NCBI GenBank assembly: GCA_040757355.1
Contig: JBFLWY010000012.1
Coordinates: forward strand, 204 to 64,203
DNA: 64,000 nucleotides
DNA from: Bacillota bacterium
GTDB taxonomy: Bacteria; Bacillota; Desulfotomaculia; Desulfotomaculales; Ammonificaceae
Direction: 5' to 3'
The notes under the pieces are model-generated. The model saw only the letters and a list, made by a program, of their open reading frames with translations, was not told the origin of the DNA and did no database searches. A program made the position numbers and the translations under genes. Below are positions 18,714 through 26,288 of the stretch, piece by piece (position 1 is the first letter of the stretch; each line of letters begins with the position of its first letter).

Positions 18714-21677
18714 TCAGTCTTTTTGCGCCGCGCCGGTCAACCTGAATACCATAACAGCGCATTCAGCGCGGCTCGCCAAGGTCCGGGGCCGGAAAGTGCC
18801 GTCAGGGAAGCCGGTTACAATGCCCCTGGCGGCTGCGATGGCCACACTGTCCCTGGCCCACAGAGAAATCTTATCGCTGTCTTTGTACCTCAGATCGGTT
18901 GCACCTTCCGGTGCCGCCAGGTTTAGGGCGCGTGCTAGGACAACCGTAGCTTCTTCCCGGGTAATGGCGTCATTCGGGCGGAATGACCCGTCGGCGTAGC
19001 CTTTGAACAAGCCGGCTTCGGCGGCGGCAATAACAGCAGCGGTATACCAATCGCCACTCCCAACATCAGTAAAGTGATTTGCCGGATTGTCTCCGCTGTC
19101 GAGGCCCAAAGCCCTGACAAGAAGGCTTGAAAACTCCGCCCTGGTCATTGCCCGGGCGGGCTCAAAATGAACCCCGTCCACCCCGTCGATTGCACCGGCC
19201 GCAGCAAGGGCCTCAACGGCATCCCATGCCCAAGCGAAAGAGCCGGCCCCTACGTCGGCAAAGCGCCCCTCCCCCGGGATTGGTGCCGGTTGCACATCCA
19301 CCGGTACAACCGGGGTTGGAGACGGCGCTTCATTCCCGCCCCCGGAGCTTGGTTCCACTTTTCTCTTGAGCAGGTCGTCCCATGCGGGAGCGGGGGAATT
19401 CAAGTCCACACTGTACCACCATAGAACCCGGTCTCCCGCCTGCAGGCCATAATCCTTGGCGGCGACCATAGGTACTGTATCGTTAACCTGGTACATCCAC
19501 CCACACATACCGCTGTTGGTTTGCCCAGCGATATTGATAACGAAGCCGTTTACATCCTGGTAAGTGAGACCGGTAGCGTGCAGCGCTCCTAACGGTGTGA
19601 GGCCCCACTTTCCGTAACTGCCGATCAGGACACTCTCGGGCCCGAAGAGCAGTTCGCCGTCTAGCCCCACAACGGCTATTTCCACGCTGCAATTGTTCCC
19701 TGACGACCCGGAACCGCCGCTGTCGTCCCCGGACGACCCGCCGGAATCACCAGCGTCCGGCGTGTCGCTTCCAGCCTGCTCAATCAGCAGGTAAGCGTGT
19801 AGGGCTTCGGTGGCGTCAAGAACGTTGCGGCACGCACCAAAACTGCCGTCCGGGTTCAAAGCGCTGTTCAACAAGTAGTCGACAGGGCTGAATCCGTCGC
19901 TGCTCTCCAATTCGGCCGGGTCCATCCCCTGTTGATATAGGGTGATGACGAATTCCGCCGTATCAACCAGGGGGTCGTCAGGCCAGGGTGTGTCCTTGTA
20001 AACGCTGCCGTCTACCTGCTGCCACTTTCCGAGATACCCGATACCGGTATCAATCGCTGTTTGTATCTCTCCATCCCCGGTAAAATCCGGTAAGCTAAGA
20101 AGGTGCGAAAGAGAACGAACGGCTTGGCAGGTGGCCATGAAATCGGCCCAGTCCTTATCCCAGGACCCGTAAGCATCGCCGGCAACCGTCTGTTGTCTGG
20201 AGAGAAGATACGCTTTTGCGCCGCTCACATCAAGGCTGTCGAGCCTGCCGGCCGTCCCCAGTGCAAGGTAAGCCCAGAGATCGCTGAAAATGTTGTTGTC
20301 AAAACCGTCAGCTGAATGCCTTTGTTGGAGGATTTCGGAGAGTTTGCCCACCCGGCCGGCGTCGTTCCACCCGGCTATGGCCATCAGGCACTCGGCGACG
20401 GTTTTCGACCGCGTCTGCTTCATCCACGGCGAGCCGTTGCCGGCGTAGTCTTCATACTCCTTTCCTAAGGCCTTGAGCGCAATCAGTGTCTCCGCAGTGG
20501 AAAAGGTACTGTCCCATTGAGCGGGAACGGCACCGGTATCGTTATCTTGAACGTCAAGGAGGTAGGTCAGGCCGCCCTCAATGTCTTTAAAAACAGTATG
20601 ATCGGGATCATCCGCTCCCTCAAAATAACTGAGCGCCGTGAGCACCTGCGCCGTCAGGTCGGATTCCTCAGGCAGATATCCACCCCAGGCCACGCCGGCG
20701 CTTGAACCCCAGCAGTCCACATGCTCGTGTTTGAACTCATTAAGGTATTCGAGAGCCTTTGCTTGGTCGATGCGGGAAACGTTTCCCGTCTTGCCGAGGG
20801 CGGTCAAGACCATCACATGATCGTAAACGCTTTGCCCGAAATTGCCGCCGTCCTGATTCTGTCCGCCAATTATGGCGTCGGCCAGCGTAGCGATATCATC
20901 TGAATGCGGGTAGACGGCATATAGAACGGTCAGTTCCTTCGCCAGATAAACTGCGTCCAAGGCAGAAGTGTCAGCGGCTGCAGCGGCCGCAGAAGCAAGC
21001 ACTTCCGCCTTTAGTGATTTACCGTTATAAACCCAGTCGCCGGTCGAAAGGTCCTCTCCGGCCTCAACCAGTGCTTCCACACACCGGTAGTCAAAACCGA
21101 ACCCGTTCACCTCGTAGCCGAGTTCTCCGCTCTGATACGCGGTACGGAAAAAACCGACCGCGCTGTCGATGGCATTCTTTACTTCGTCATAAACAGCAGA
21201 ACCGGCCGGCACATCCGGTCTTATCCGGGCGAGCGCCTGCAGCGCCGCTTTGGTGCCGTAAGCGCCGCCATATGGACCGAAGCTGCCGTCGTCGTTCTGC
21301 GTACCCAGGATGAAACTGATCAAGCCCCTCTCATCACCGCACAGATCACCCAGTTTTTCTATCCTGGCTTTTAAGGTTCTGGTGCCGGCCGTCCAAAACG
21401 GTCCCCCGCTCCACTTCTCGCCCGCCAGGTCTTCCCCCGCCAGCGTCAATACGTAAGCAGTATGACCGTTTATCAGTTCCCCGCCTTGATACTCCTTATT
21501 GATAAAATCCACCGCCTTCGCGGCAAGGTCCCCGGCGGAATACGCGCCGGACGGTACAGCCGGTTCATCAGCAACCCCAACAGAAACCGGCATCAGGAGT
21601 GAAACGATACCGGCGAAGAAAACTATGATCAACGCCAACGTAAAATAAGTCGGCCGCTTTTTGGTCTGTGCACCCAT
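18714..21677 (-). CDS. S-layer-homology-anchored surface protein: alpha/alpha-toroid repeats + DUF4430-type domain + 3 SLH (transcobalamin-like architecture)
   Basis: The signal peptide is aa 1-35. The toroid repeats span aa ~45-635 (nt 19773-21545; QNDDGSFGPYGG, QNQDGGNFGQ, VQDNDTGAVP, RHSADGFDN, WQQVDGSVY, LNPDGSFGAC). A G/S/D linker precedes the DUF4430-like domain at aa 663-770 (nt 19368-19691; GMCGWMYQVND...RVLWWYS). A Pro-rich linker precedes three SLH repeats at aa 805-983 (nt 18729-19265; FADVG..., FTDVG...GYADGSFRPND, YKDSD...GFPDGTFRP). Confidence 0.85.
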   Translation of the reverse strand: MGAQTKKRPTYFTLALIIVFFAGIVSLLMPVSVGVADEPAVPSGAYSAGDLAAKAVDFINKEYQGGELINGHTAYVLTLAGEDLAGEKWSGGPFWTAGTRTLKARIEKLGDLCGDERGLISFILGTQNDDGSFGPYGGAYGTKAALQALARIRPDVPAGSAVYDEVKNAIDSAVGFFRTAYQSGELGYEVNGFGFDYRCVEALVEAGEDLSTGDWVYNGKSLKAEVLASAAAAAADTSALDAVYLAKELTVLYAVYPHSDDIATLADAIIGGQNQDGGNFGQSVYDHVMVLTALGKTGNVSRIDQAKALEYLNEFKHEHVDCWGSSAGVAWGGYLPEESDLTAQVLTALSYFEGADDPDHTVFKDIEGGLTYLLDVQDNDTGAVPAQWDSTFSTAETLIALKALGKEYEDYAGNGSPWMKQTRSKTVAECLMAIAGWNDAGRVGKLSEILQQRHSADGFDNNIFSDLWAYLALGTAGRLDSLDVSGAKAYLLSRQQTVAGDAYGSWDKDWADFMATCQAVRSLSHLLSLPDFTGDGEIQTAIDTGIGYLGKWQQVDGSVYKDTPWPDDPLVDTAEFVITLYQQGMDPAELESSDGFSPVDYLLNSALNPDGSFGACRNVLDATEALHAYLLIEQAGSDTPDAGDSGGSSGDDSGGSGSSGNNCSVEIAVVGLDGELLFGPESVLIGSYGKWGLTPLGALHATGLTYQDVNGFVINIAGQTNSGMCGWMYQVNDTVPMVAAKDYGLQAGDRVLWWYSVDLNSPAPAWDDLLKRKVEPSSGGGNEAPSPTPVVPVDVQPAPIPGEGRFADVGAGSFAWAWDAVEALAAAGAIDGVDGVHFEPARAMTRAEFSSLLVRALGLDSGDNPANHFTDVGSGDWYTAAVIAAAEAGLFKGYADGSFRPNDAITREEATVVLARALNLAAPEGATDLRYKDSDKISLWARDSVAIAAARGIVTGFPDGTFRPRTLASRAECAVMVFRLTGAAQKD

Positions 21678-21893
21678 TTCTCGTTCAGCCCACCTTTCGC
21701 TCCTAAAAGTCTAAGAAATCAATCGTTTGTTCCGGGGGCGCCAGCCCGTTTTTTTGTTACAGGAGGGCTTCACCCACGACCAGCCCGGACCCGCATGAAA
21801 AAATCCCCCATCATAACGGACGGAGGATAATCTTCCATGTGCGTGAATACGCCATGCCAAACACCCCCTATTCGCGTAGGTTGGGTTTGAAAC

Positions 21894-22132
21894 GGAACGG
21901 GCAGGTCTCCTGGCTCGGCTTCACCGGCACCTTTTGTCTTCCCAGGCATCCCAGCAGTTGTGATTACCTGCGGTTCGGCATTCGGGTTCCCTATAAAGGA
22001 CCCGTATACGCCGCATACCGCCGGGAGCAGCCCAGTGACATTTTGCAAGGCACCTCCCCCTTACAGTGGCGGAACCGCGCCGGATTCACACCGGCTTCCC
22101 TTTTCACCGCCCAAAGGGCAAGCACCCGTTCC
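21894..22132 (-). promoter_or_regulatory. cobalamin (B12) riboswitch aptamer
   Basis: On minus-strand RNA, P1 is GGAACGGG (22132-22125) pairing with CCCGUUCC (21901-21894). The core is GGUGAAAAGGGAAGCCGGUGUGAAUCCGGCGCGGUUCCGCCACUGUAAGGGGGAG. The CACUGGG...CUGGGAAG elements are present, as is the B12 box AGCCAGGAGACCUGCC (21915-21900). Confidence 0.9.
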
Positions 22133-22152
22133 ATGTATTAAATTGTTAACTC

Positions 22153-22181
22153 ATAAAAACATATTTTGAATAGGTTGTCAA
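22153..22181 (-). promoter_or_regulatory. putative sigma-A promoter of the riboswitch operon
   Basis: The minus strand reads TTGACA (22181-22176), a 17-nt spacer, then TTTTAT (22158-22153), about 20 nt upstream of riboswitch P1. Confidence 0.45.
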
Positions 22182-22234
22182 CGGTATGGTCAAAATAATT
22201 TTGCCAAGGACTATCAAGCCGTAAAAAGGCAGCT

Positions 22235-22723
22235 TCAACTGTCTCTACGGCTTCGGGGAACAACGGGGAACCGGACTTCGGTTACGACCTCTTCCACGGG
22301 CATTCCCGCAAAATCGGCCGGGTAAACCTCTTCCGCCGGCCCGGCAAGGCGGCAGTTCTTATCATAAAGTTCCTGGAACAAAGCCGGCAACACATCTTCA
22401 ACAGTGGTATAACCGCCCACGTTTGTCGTGAATACAACCTCCCGTGCCGGCACCTTTTTCACACCGGGCCCGCATTCTCCCGCGACCGCATAACGGTTTC
22501 CCCTCACGGGAATCCGAATCTCCCATTCCCTAATGGAAGGCGGCGTTCCCACCGGGCTGGTCAAGTAGACGATTACCGGCGGCCCCCCCGGACCGAAGTC
22601 GTTTTCGTCCACCCACTTTCTCAACTCCTCGAAAGCATCAGCCATGAGACTATAATCACCGCGCTTCAAAAGGTATGCCACATATTCTTCCGGCATGCTC
22701 TTAATTCCGGTATTTAAAACCAT
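22235..22723 (-). CDS. GyrI-like (AraC-effector / SOUL-type) small-molecule-binding domain protein
   Basis: ATG 22723 (RBS GGGTGGGGGG) gives 162 aa, MVLNTGIKSMPEEYVAYLLKRGDYS...EWEIRIPV...EVVFTTNVGGYTTV...EVRFPV. This two-repeat beta-alpha-beta-beta pattern is typical of GyrI-like domains. The upstream 41 codons of the ORF track lack coding character. Confidence 0.65.
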   Translation of the reverse strand: MVLNTGIKSMPEEYVAYLLKRGDYSLMADAFEELRKWVDENDFGPGGPPVIVYLTSPVGTPPSIREWEIRIPVRGNRYAVAGECGPGVKKVPAREVVFTTNVGGYTTVEDVLPALFQELYDKNCRLAGPAEEVYPADFAGMPVEEVVTEVRFPVVPRSRRDS

Positions 22724-22775
22724 CTTCAACCCCCCACCCAGTTTTTCGCCACGTCTCCCGCCTTTCCCTCCCGGA

Positions 22776-23063
22776 AATGTGCTTGATTCAAAATTAGAAA
22801 ACCGTGGAAACCTGGTGCTTAGTGTGCAGGATACCGGCGTAGGCATCCCGCGTGAAGAACTGCCGTATATTTTTGAGCGGTTTCACAGGGTTGACAAGGC
22901 GCGCTCCAGGGAAACCGGGGGGACCGGGCTGGGACTTTCCATTGTGCAGCGCGCGGTGCGGCGGATGGGTGGAGAAATAGAGGTGCAGAGTATTCCGGGA
23001 GAAGGCACCACATTTATAATTACCCTACCAGGTTTTAACCCGCAGGGTGTTACAATATTGTAA
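22776..23063 (+). pseudogene. histidine-kinase remnant (C-terminal part of the HATPase_c domain only)
   Basis: It translates to NVLDSKLENRGNLVLSVQDTGVGIPREELPYIFERFHRVDKARSRETGGTGLGLSIVQRAVRRMGGEIEVQSIPGEGTTFIITLP, which carries the G1, F and G2 boxes. There is no N box, H box, sensor or TM. The 5' end runs antisense into the GyrI-like gene's start region. Confidence 0.7.
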
Positions 23064-23152
23064 TACTACTGTAACAATTATTTATTGCGCTGTAACATTG
23101 CCGACATATAATGTTACTTGGCAGCAGCCAAGATCAAAACGGAGGTGTGAAA

Positions 23153-23749
23153 ATGGTTCAAAAAAGTTCAAAACGGTGGTTTCTTGCTTTCTGCACTGTG
23201 GTTCTGTTGGCGTTTCTTGTGGGGGGAGCGTACTACTACTGGTTCGACAGGCCGGACTTAAAACCGAATACTGAAAGCCCTAATCCTGACCTGGAAGGTC
23301 CCAAGCCGGACATCAGCTCCGAACCGGCGGAAACAAAGGTCAAGGTCACGCTTTACTTCGGCGACAAGCAGGCAATGTACCTTGTACCCGAGGAGCGCGA
23401 AGTCGTTAAGGGAAACCAGACACTTGAGGAGGTTGTAGTCAATGAACTGATCAAGGGCCCGCTGAACCCGGAACTTGTAAAGACCATTCCAGACGGTACA
23501 ATACTGCGTTCCGTCCAGGTCGTGGACGGGATCGCCTACGTCAATTTTTCTAAGGATTTTCAGACCAAGCACTGGGGCGGCTCAGCAGGGGAAACGTTCA
23601 CCCTTTATTCGGTAATCAACTCACTGGCCAAGCTGGAAGGCATTCAAAAGGTGCAGTTCCTGTTGGAAGGCGAGAAAATGGGGACCCTTGCCGGGCATAT
23701 AGAAACCACCGAGCCTATGGCGCCACAATGGAATCTTGTACAATCTTAA
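23153..23749 (+). CDS. GerM-domain (sporulation/germination) lipoprotein-like protein
   Basis: ATG 23153 with a GGAGGTG RBS, and an N-terminal TM WFLAFCTVVLLAFLVGGAYYYW. The GerM pattern is VTLYFGDKQAMYLVPEEREV...LEEVVVNELIKGP...VVDGIAYVNFSKDF...TLYSVINSLAKLEGIQKVQFLLEGE. Confidence 0.8.
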   Translation: MVQKSSKRWFLAFCTVVLLAFLVGGAYYYWFDRPDLKPNTESPNPDLEGPKPDISSEPAETKVKVTLYFGDKQAMYLVPEEREVVKGNQTLEEVVVNELIKGPLNPELVKTIPDGTILRSVQVVDGIAYVNFSKDFQTKHWGGSAGETFTLYSVINSLAKLEGIQKVQFLLEGEKMGTLAGHIETTEPMAPQWNLVQS

Positions 23750-23877
23750 CGGTTAGTTATAAGCAATTACTCAACTTTTGCAATTATGGTTGAACAGCCG
23801 TGCTGTTTATTGTCCTCCGGAGCGCAGTGCTCCGTTACGCGCGGTGATAAACTTCGCCTGGGCAATGCCCTGGGCTT

Positions 23878-23975
23878 GCCCAGCACTCAGAGAGGAAGTT
23901 AGCTTACGCAGGATAAACGACGGTATTTAAAAACAGGCTGATGCTCCGGCAGAGTTTATCCACTGAGTGCTGGGC
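23878..23975. repeat. family-A element: inverted GCCCAGCACTCAG boxes around a 72-nt variable core
   Basis: GCCCAGCACTCAG (23878-23890) and CTGAGTGCTGGGC (23963-23975) are perfect 13-nt inverted repeats. Confidence 0.85.
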
Positions 23976-24081
23976 TCCTTGGGAAAAACGCCAGCAGCTT
24001 CGTTAGAACTTGTCCCCTGAGTTGCAAATTAATGATAAATCAATTATCAACAACAGTTCAGCCAGGTGCAGCCCGACCCCC

Positions 24082-24102
24082 AAAAGCCGCACCCGGCTTT
24101 TT
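24082..24102. terminator. bidirectional terminator between the convergent gerM-like gene and lysS
   Basis: AAAAGCCG-CACC-CGGCTTTT is a short stem flanked by A and T runs on both strands. It is the only hairpin with U-tracts in this convergent spacer. Confidence 0.45.
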
Positions 24103-24146
24103 CCCCTAATAGAATAGTATCAAGGCACTACTGAAAGCATGTCTAT

Positions 24147-25619
24147 TCAGCCTTCCCGCGGGCGGTGCAACGGGAAGAGGATTACCTCCCGGATCGACGA
24201 AACGTTAGCGAAAAGCATCACCAGGCGGTCGATTCCGATGCCGAGCCCACCGGCTGGCGGCATCCCGTACTCGAGCGCGAGAATGTAATCTTCGTCGAAC
24301 ATATGCGCCTCTTCGTCCCCGGCTTCCCGCTTGTCCAACTGCTGCAAAAACCGCTCCCGCTGATCGAGCGGATCGTTCAGTTCCGAGAAAGCGTTAGCGA
24401 TCTCCCTGCCGGCGATGAAGAGCTCAAACCGGTAAGTCAGGCGCGGGTCGTCCGCCTTACGCTTAGCGAGTGGCGAAATATCGACCGGGTACTCGATAAC
24501 GAACGTCGGCTGAATAAGCTCCGGCTCGACGAGCTCTTCAAAAACCGCGTTGATTGCTTCTCCCCAAAGGGCGTTCTCCTCAACCTCAACACCCATGCCG
24601 CGCGCTGCAGCCCGGGCTTCCGCAGCATCCAGTTGACTGAAATCGATGCCCGTCTTCCGGTGTACCATTGAAAGATATGAAACCCGCGGCCACGGCTGTT
24701 GAAAGAGGATCCTGTATTCCCCGTATTGTATCTCCTTCTCCCCTAGTACCGTTTCGGCCGCATGAACAATGATGTCTTCAGTCAAGGCCATCATATCGGA
24801 ATAATCGGCGTACGCCTGATAAAGCTCAAGCATTGTAAATTCGGGGTTATGCCTGGTGGAAATGCCCTCGTTTCTGAAATTCCTGTTTATCTCATACACC
24901 TTTTCAAAACCGCCCACAAGAAGCCGCTTCAGATAAAGCTCCGGCGCGATCCGCAGGTAGAGCTTAAGGTCGAGGGCGTTGTGGTAAGTCACGAAAGGTC
25001 GGGCAGCCGCCCCGCCCGCGATCGGCTGCATCATCGGGGTTTCCACCTCGAGAAAACCCCGGGCGTCGAGAAAACGCCGGATTGACCGGACGACCTTGGT
25101 CCGGAGAACAAATGTTTGCTTCACTTCTGGATTAACGATAAGGTCGAGGTAGCGCTGCCGGGAGCGCAGTTCCACATCTTTAAGACCGTGCCACTTCTCG
25201 GGGAGAGGACGTAGAGACTTTGCCAGCAAGGTAAACGATTTTACACCCACCGTGATTTCACCGGTCTTTGTCCGGAAGACAGTGCCTTCTACGCCGAGGA
25301 TATCACCGAGGTCAAGCTTCCTGAATACCTGATAGAGTTCCGGTCCCACCTCATCCTGGCGGATATGAATCTGAATCCGGCCGGAGAAGTCCAAAAGATC
25401 ACCAAAGGCGGCTTTGCCGTGTCCGCGTTTGGCCATCAACCTCCCAGCAATGCTCACTTTTCTTCCTTCGAGAAGACTGAAACCTTCGTGGATCTCCGCG
25501 GCTGTGTGGGTTCGCACATACCGCCCCCCGTAAGGCTCAACGCCGGCTTCTTGCACCTCCCGGAGTTTTTCACGACGCACAAGCAGGAGTTCATCCAATT
25601 CCCCTTCGGGTTCTCGCAT
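24147..25619 (-). CDS. lysS: lysine--tRNA ligase (class II)
   Basis: 490 aa with an OB-fold N-terminus and class II motifs (FRNEGISTRHNPEFTMLE, GGLGIGIDRLVML). Confidence 0.97.
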   Translation of the reverse strand: MREPEGELDELLLVRREKLREVQEAGVEPYGGRYVRTHTAAEIHEGFSLLEGRKVSIAGRLMAKRGHGKAAFGDLLDFSGRIQIHIRQDEVGPELYQVFRKLDLGDILGVEGTVFRTKTGEITVGVKSFTLLAKSLRPLPEKWHGLKDVELRSRQRYLDLIVNPEVKQTFVLRTKVVRSIRRFLDARGFLEVETPMMQPIAGGAAARPFVTYHNALDLKLYLRIAPELYLKRLLVGGFEKVYEINRNFRNEGISTRHNPEFTMLELYQAYADYSDMMALTEDIIVHAAETVLGEKEIQYGEYRILFQQPWPRVSYLSMVHRKTGIDFSQLDAAEARAAARGMGVEVEENALWGEAINAVFEELVEPELIQPTFVIEYPVDISPLAKRKADDPRLTYRFELFIAGREIANAFSELNDPLDQRERFLQQLDKREAGDEEAHMFDEDYILALEYGMPPAGGLGIGIDRLVMLFANVSSIREVILFPLHRPREG

Positions 25620-25645
25620 ACGTTAAACCTCTGTAGTTTTCAATA

Positions 25646-26128
25646 TTATGGTCTCGTGATATCAAGGATCATTAACCTGAGCCTTCCATCGGGAATGTCT
25701 ACATCAACCACTGCGCCCTTCGGTTGCCCCAAAAGAGCTTTGCCAACTGGCGATTCGTTTGAGATCTTCATTGCCCCCGGGTCCGCCTCCGCCGAGCCCA
25801 CGATGGTGTACTGGTGCTCACTCCCATCAATGAGGTCCTTCAGCAGTACCGTTGAACCAACACCTACCACATCGGTTTCAATATCCGCCGCATCAATAAT
25901 CCGGGCGTGCCGTAGCATTTTCTCAAGCGTAAGGATCTGTCCCTCTACAAAAGCCTGCTCGTTTTTGGCGTCTTCGAATTCGGAGTTTTCTGTTATATCG
26001 CCGAACTCGATTGCCTGTTTTATCCGCTCCGCTACCTCACGGCGACGAACTGATTTAAGGGTTTCCAGTTCCCCCTCCAACCTTCGCAACCCTTCCGTCG
26101 TAAGGATAACTTCTTTTTCCTTCATCAA
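25646..26128 (-). CDS. greA: transcription elongation factor GreA
   Basis: 160 aa with the coiled-coil N-terminus, the acidic tip GDITENSEFEDAK and the C-terminal globular domain. Confidence 0.95.
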   Translation of the reverse strand: MMKEKEVILTTEGLRRLEGELETLKSVRRREVAERIKQAIEFGDITENSEFEDAKNEQAFVEGQILTLEKMLRHARIIDAADIETDVVGVGSTVLLKDLIDGSEHQYTIVGSAEADPGAMKISNESPVGKALLGQPKGAVVDVDIPDGRLRLMILDITRP

Positions 26129-26288
26129 ATGAATCTCTCCTTACCACGCGATAATTAGACCCTAACATAATAAATCCAATATGCGCCGGTTTTTCTATTA
26201 TTCAAGAAATCGCAATCTATTTAAAAATACTTTAGCACTGCGGGTGCCCAAAAACGGCGCAGTGCCATCCTCAAAAACTTTGGATATC

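Noticed and set aside
21770-22048. 92-aa minus-strand ORF and overlapping plus-strand ORFs (21839-22169) upstream of the SLH protein gene
   Set aside because: They lie across the cobalamin riboswitch and its expression platform, so the conserved RNA elements explain the sequence.
22695-22775. N-terminal 27 codons of the 122-aa plus-strand ORF
   Set aside because: Only the part from about 22776 onward is kinase-like. The upstream codons are Pro-rich and antisense to the GyrI-like gene's start region. I therefore treat the whole ORF as a remnant, not an intact small gene.
23878-23890. Resemblance of CCCAGCACT... to the primate Alu segment (contamination check)
   Set aside because: Identity is limited to about nine nucleotides. 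The flanks do not continue as Alu, and the box recurs as inverted pairs in a bacterial gene context.
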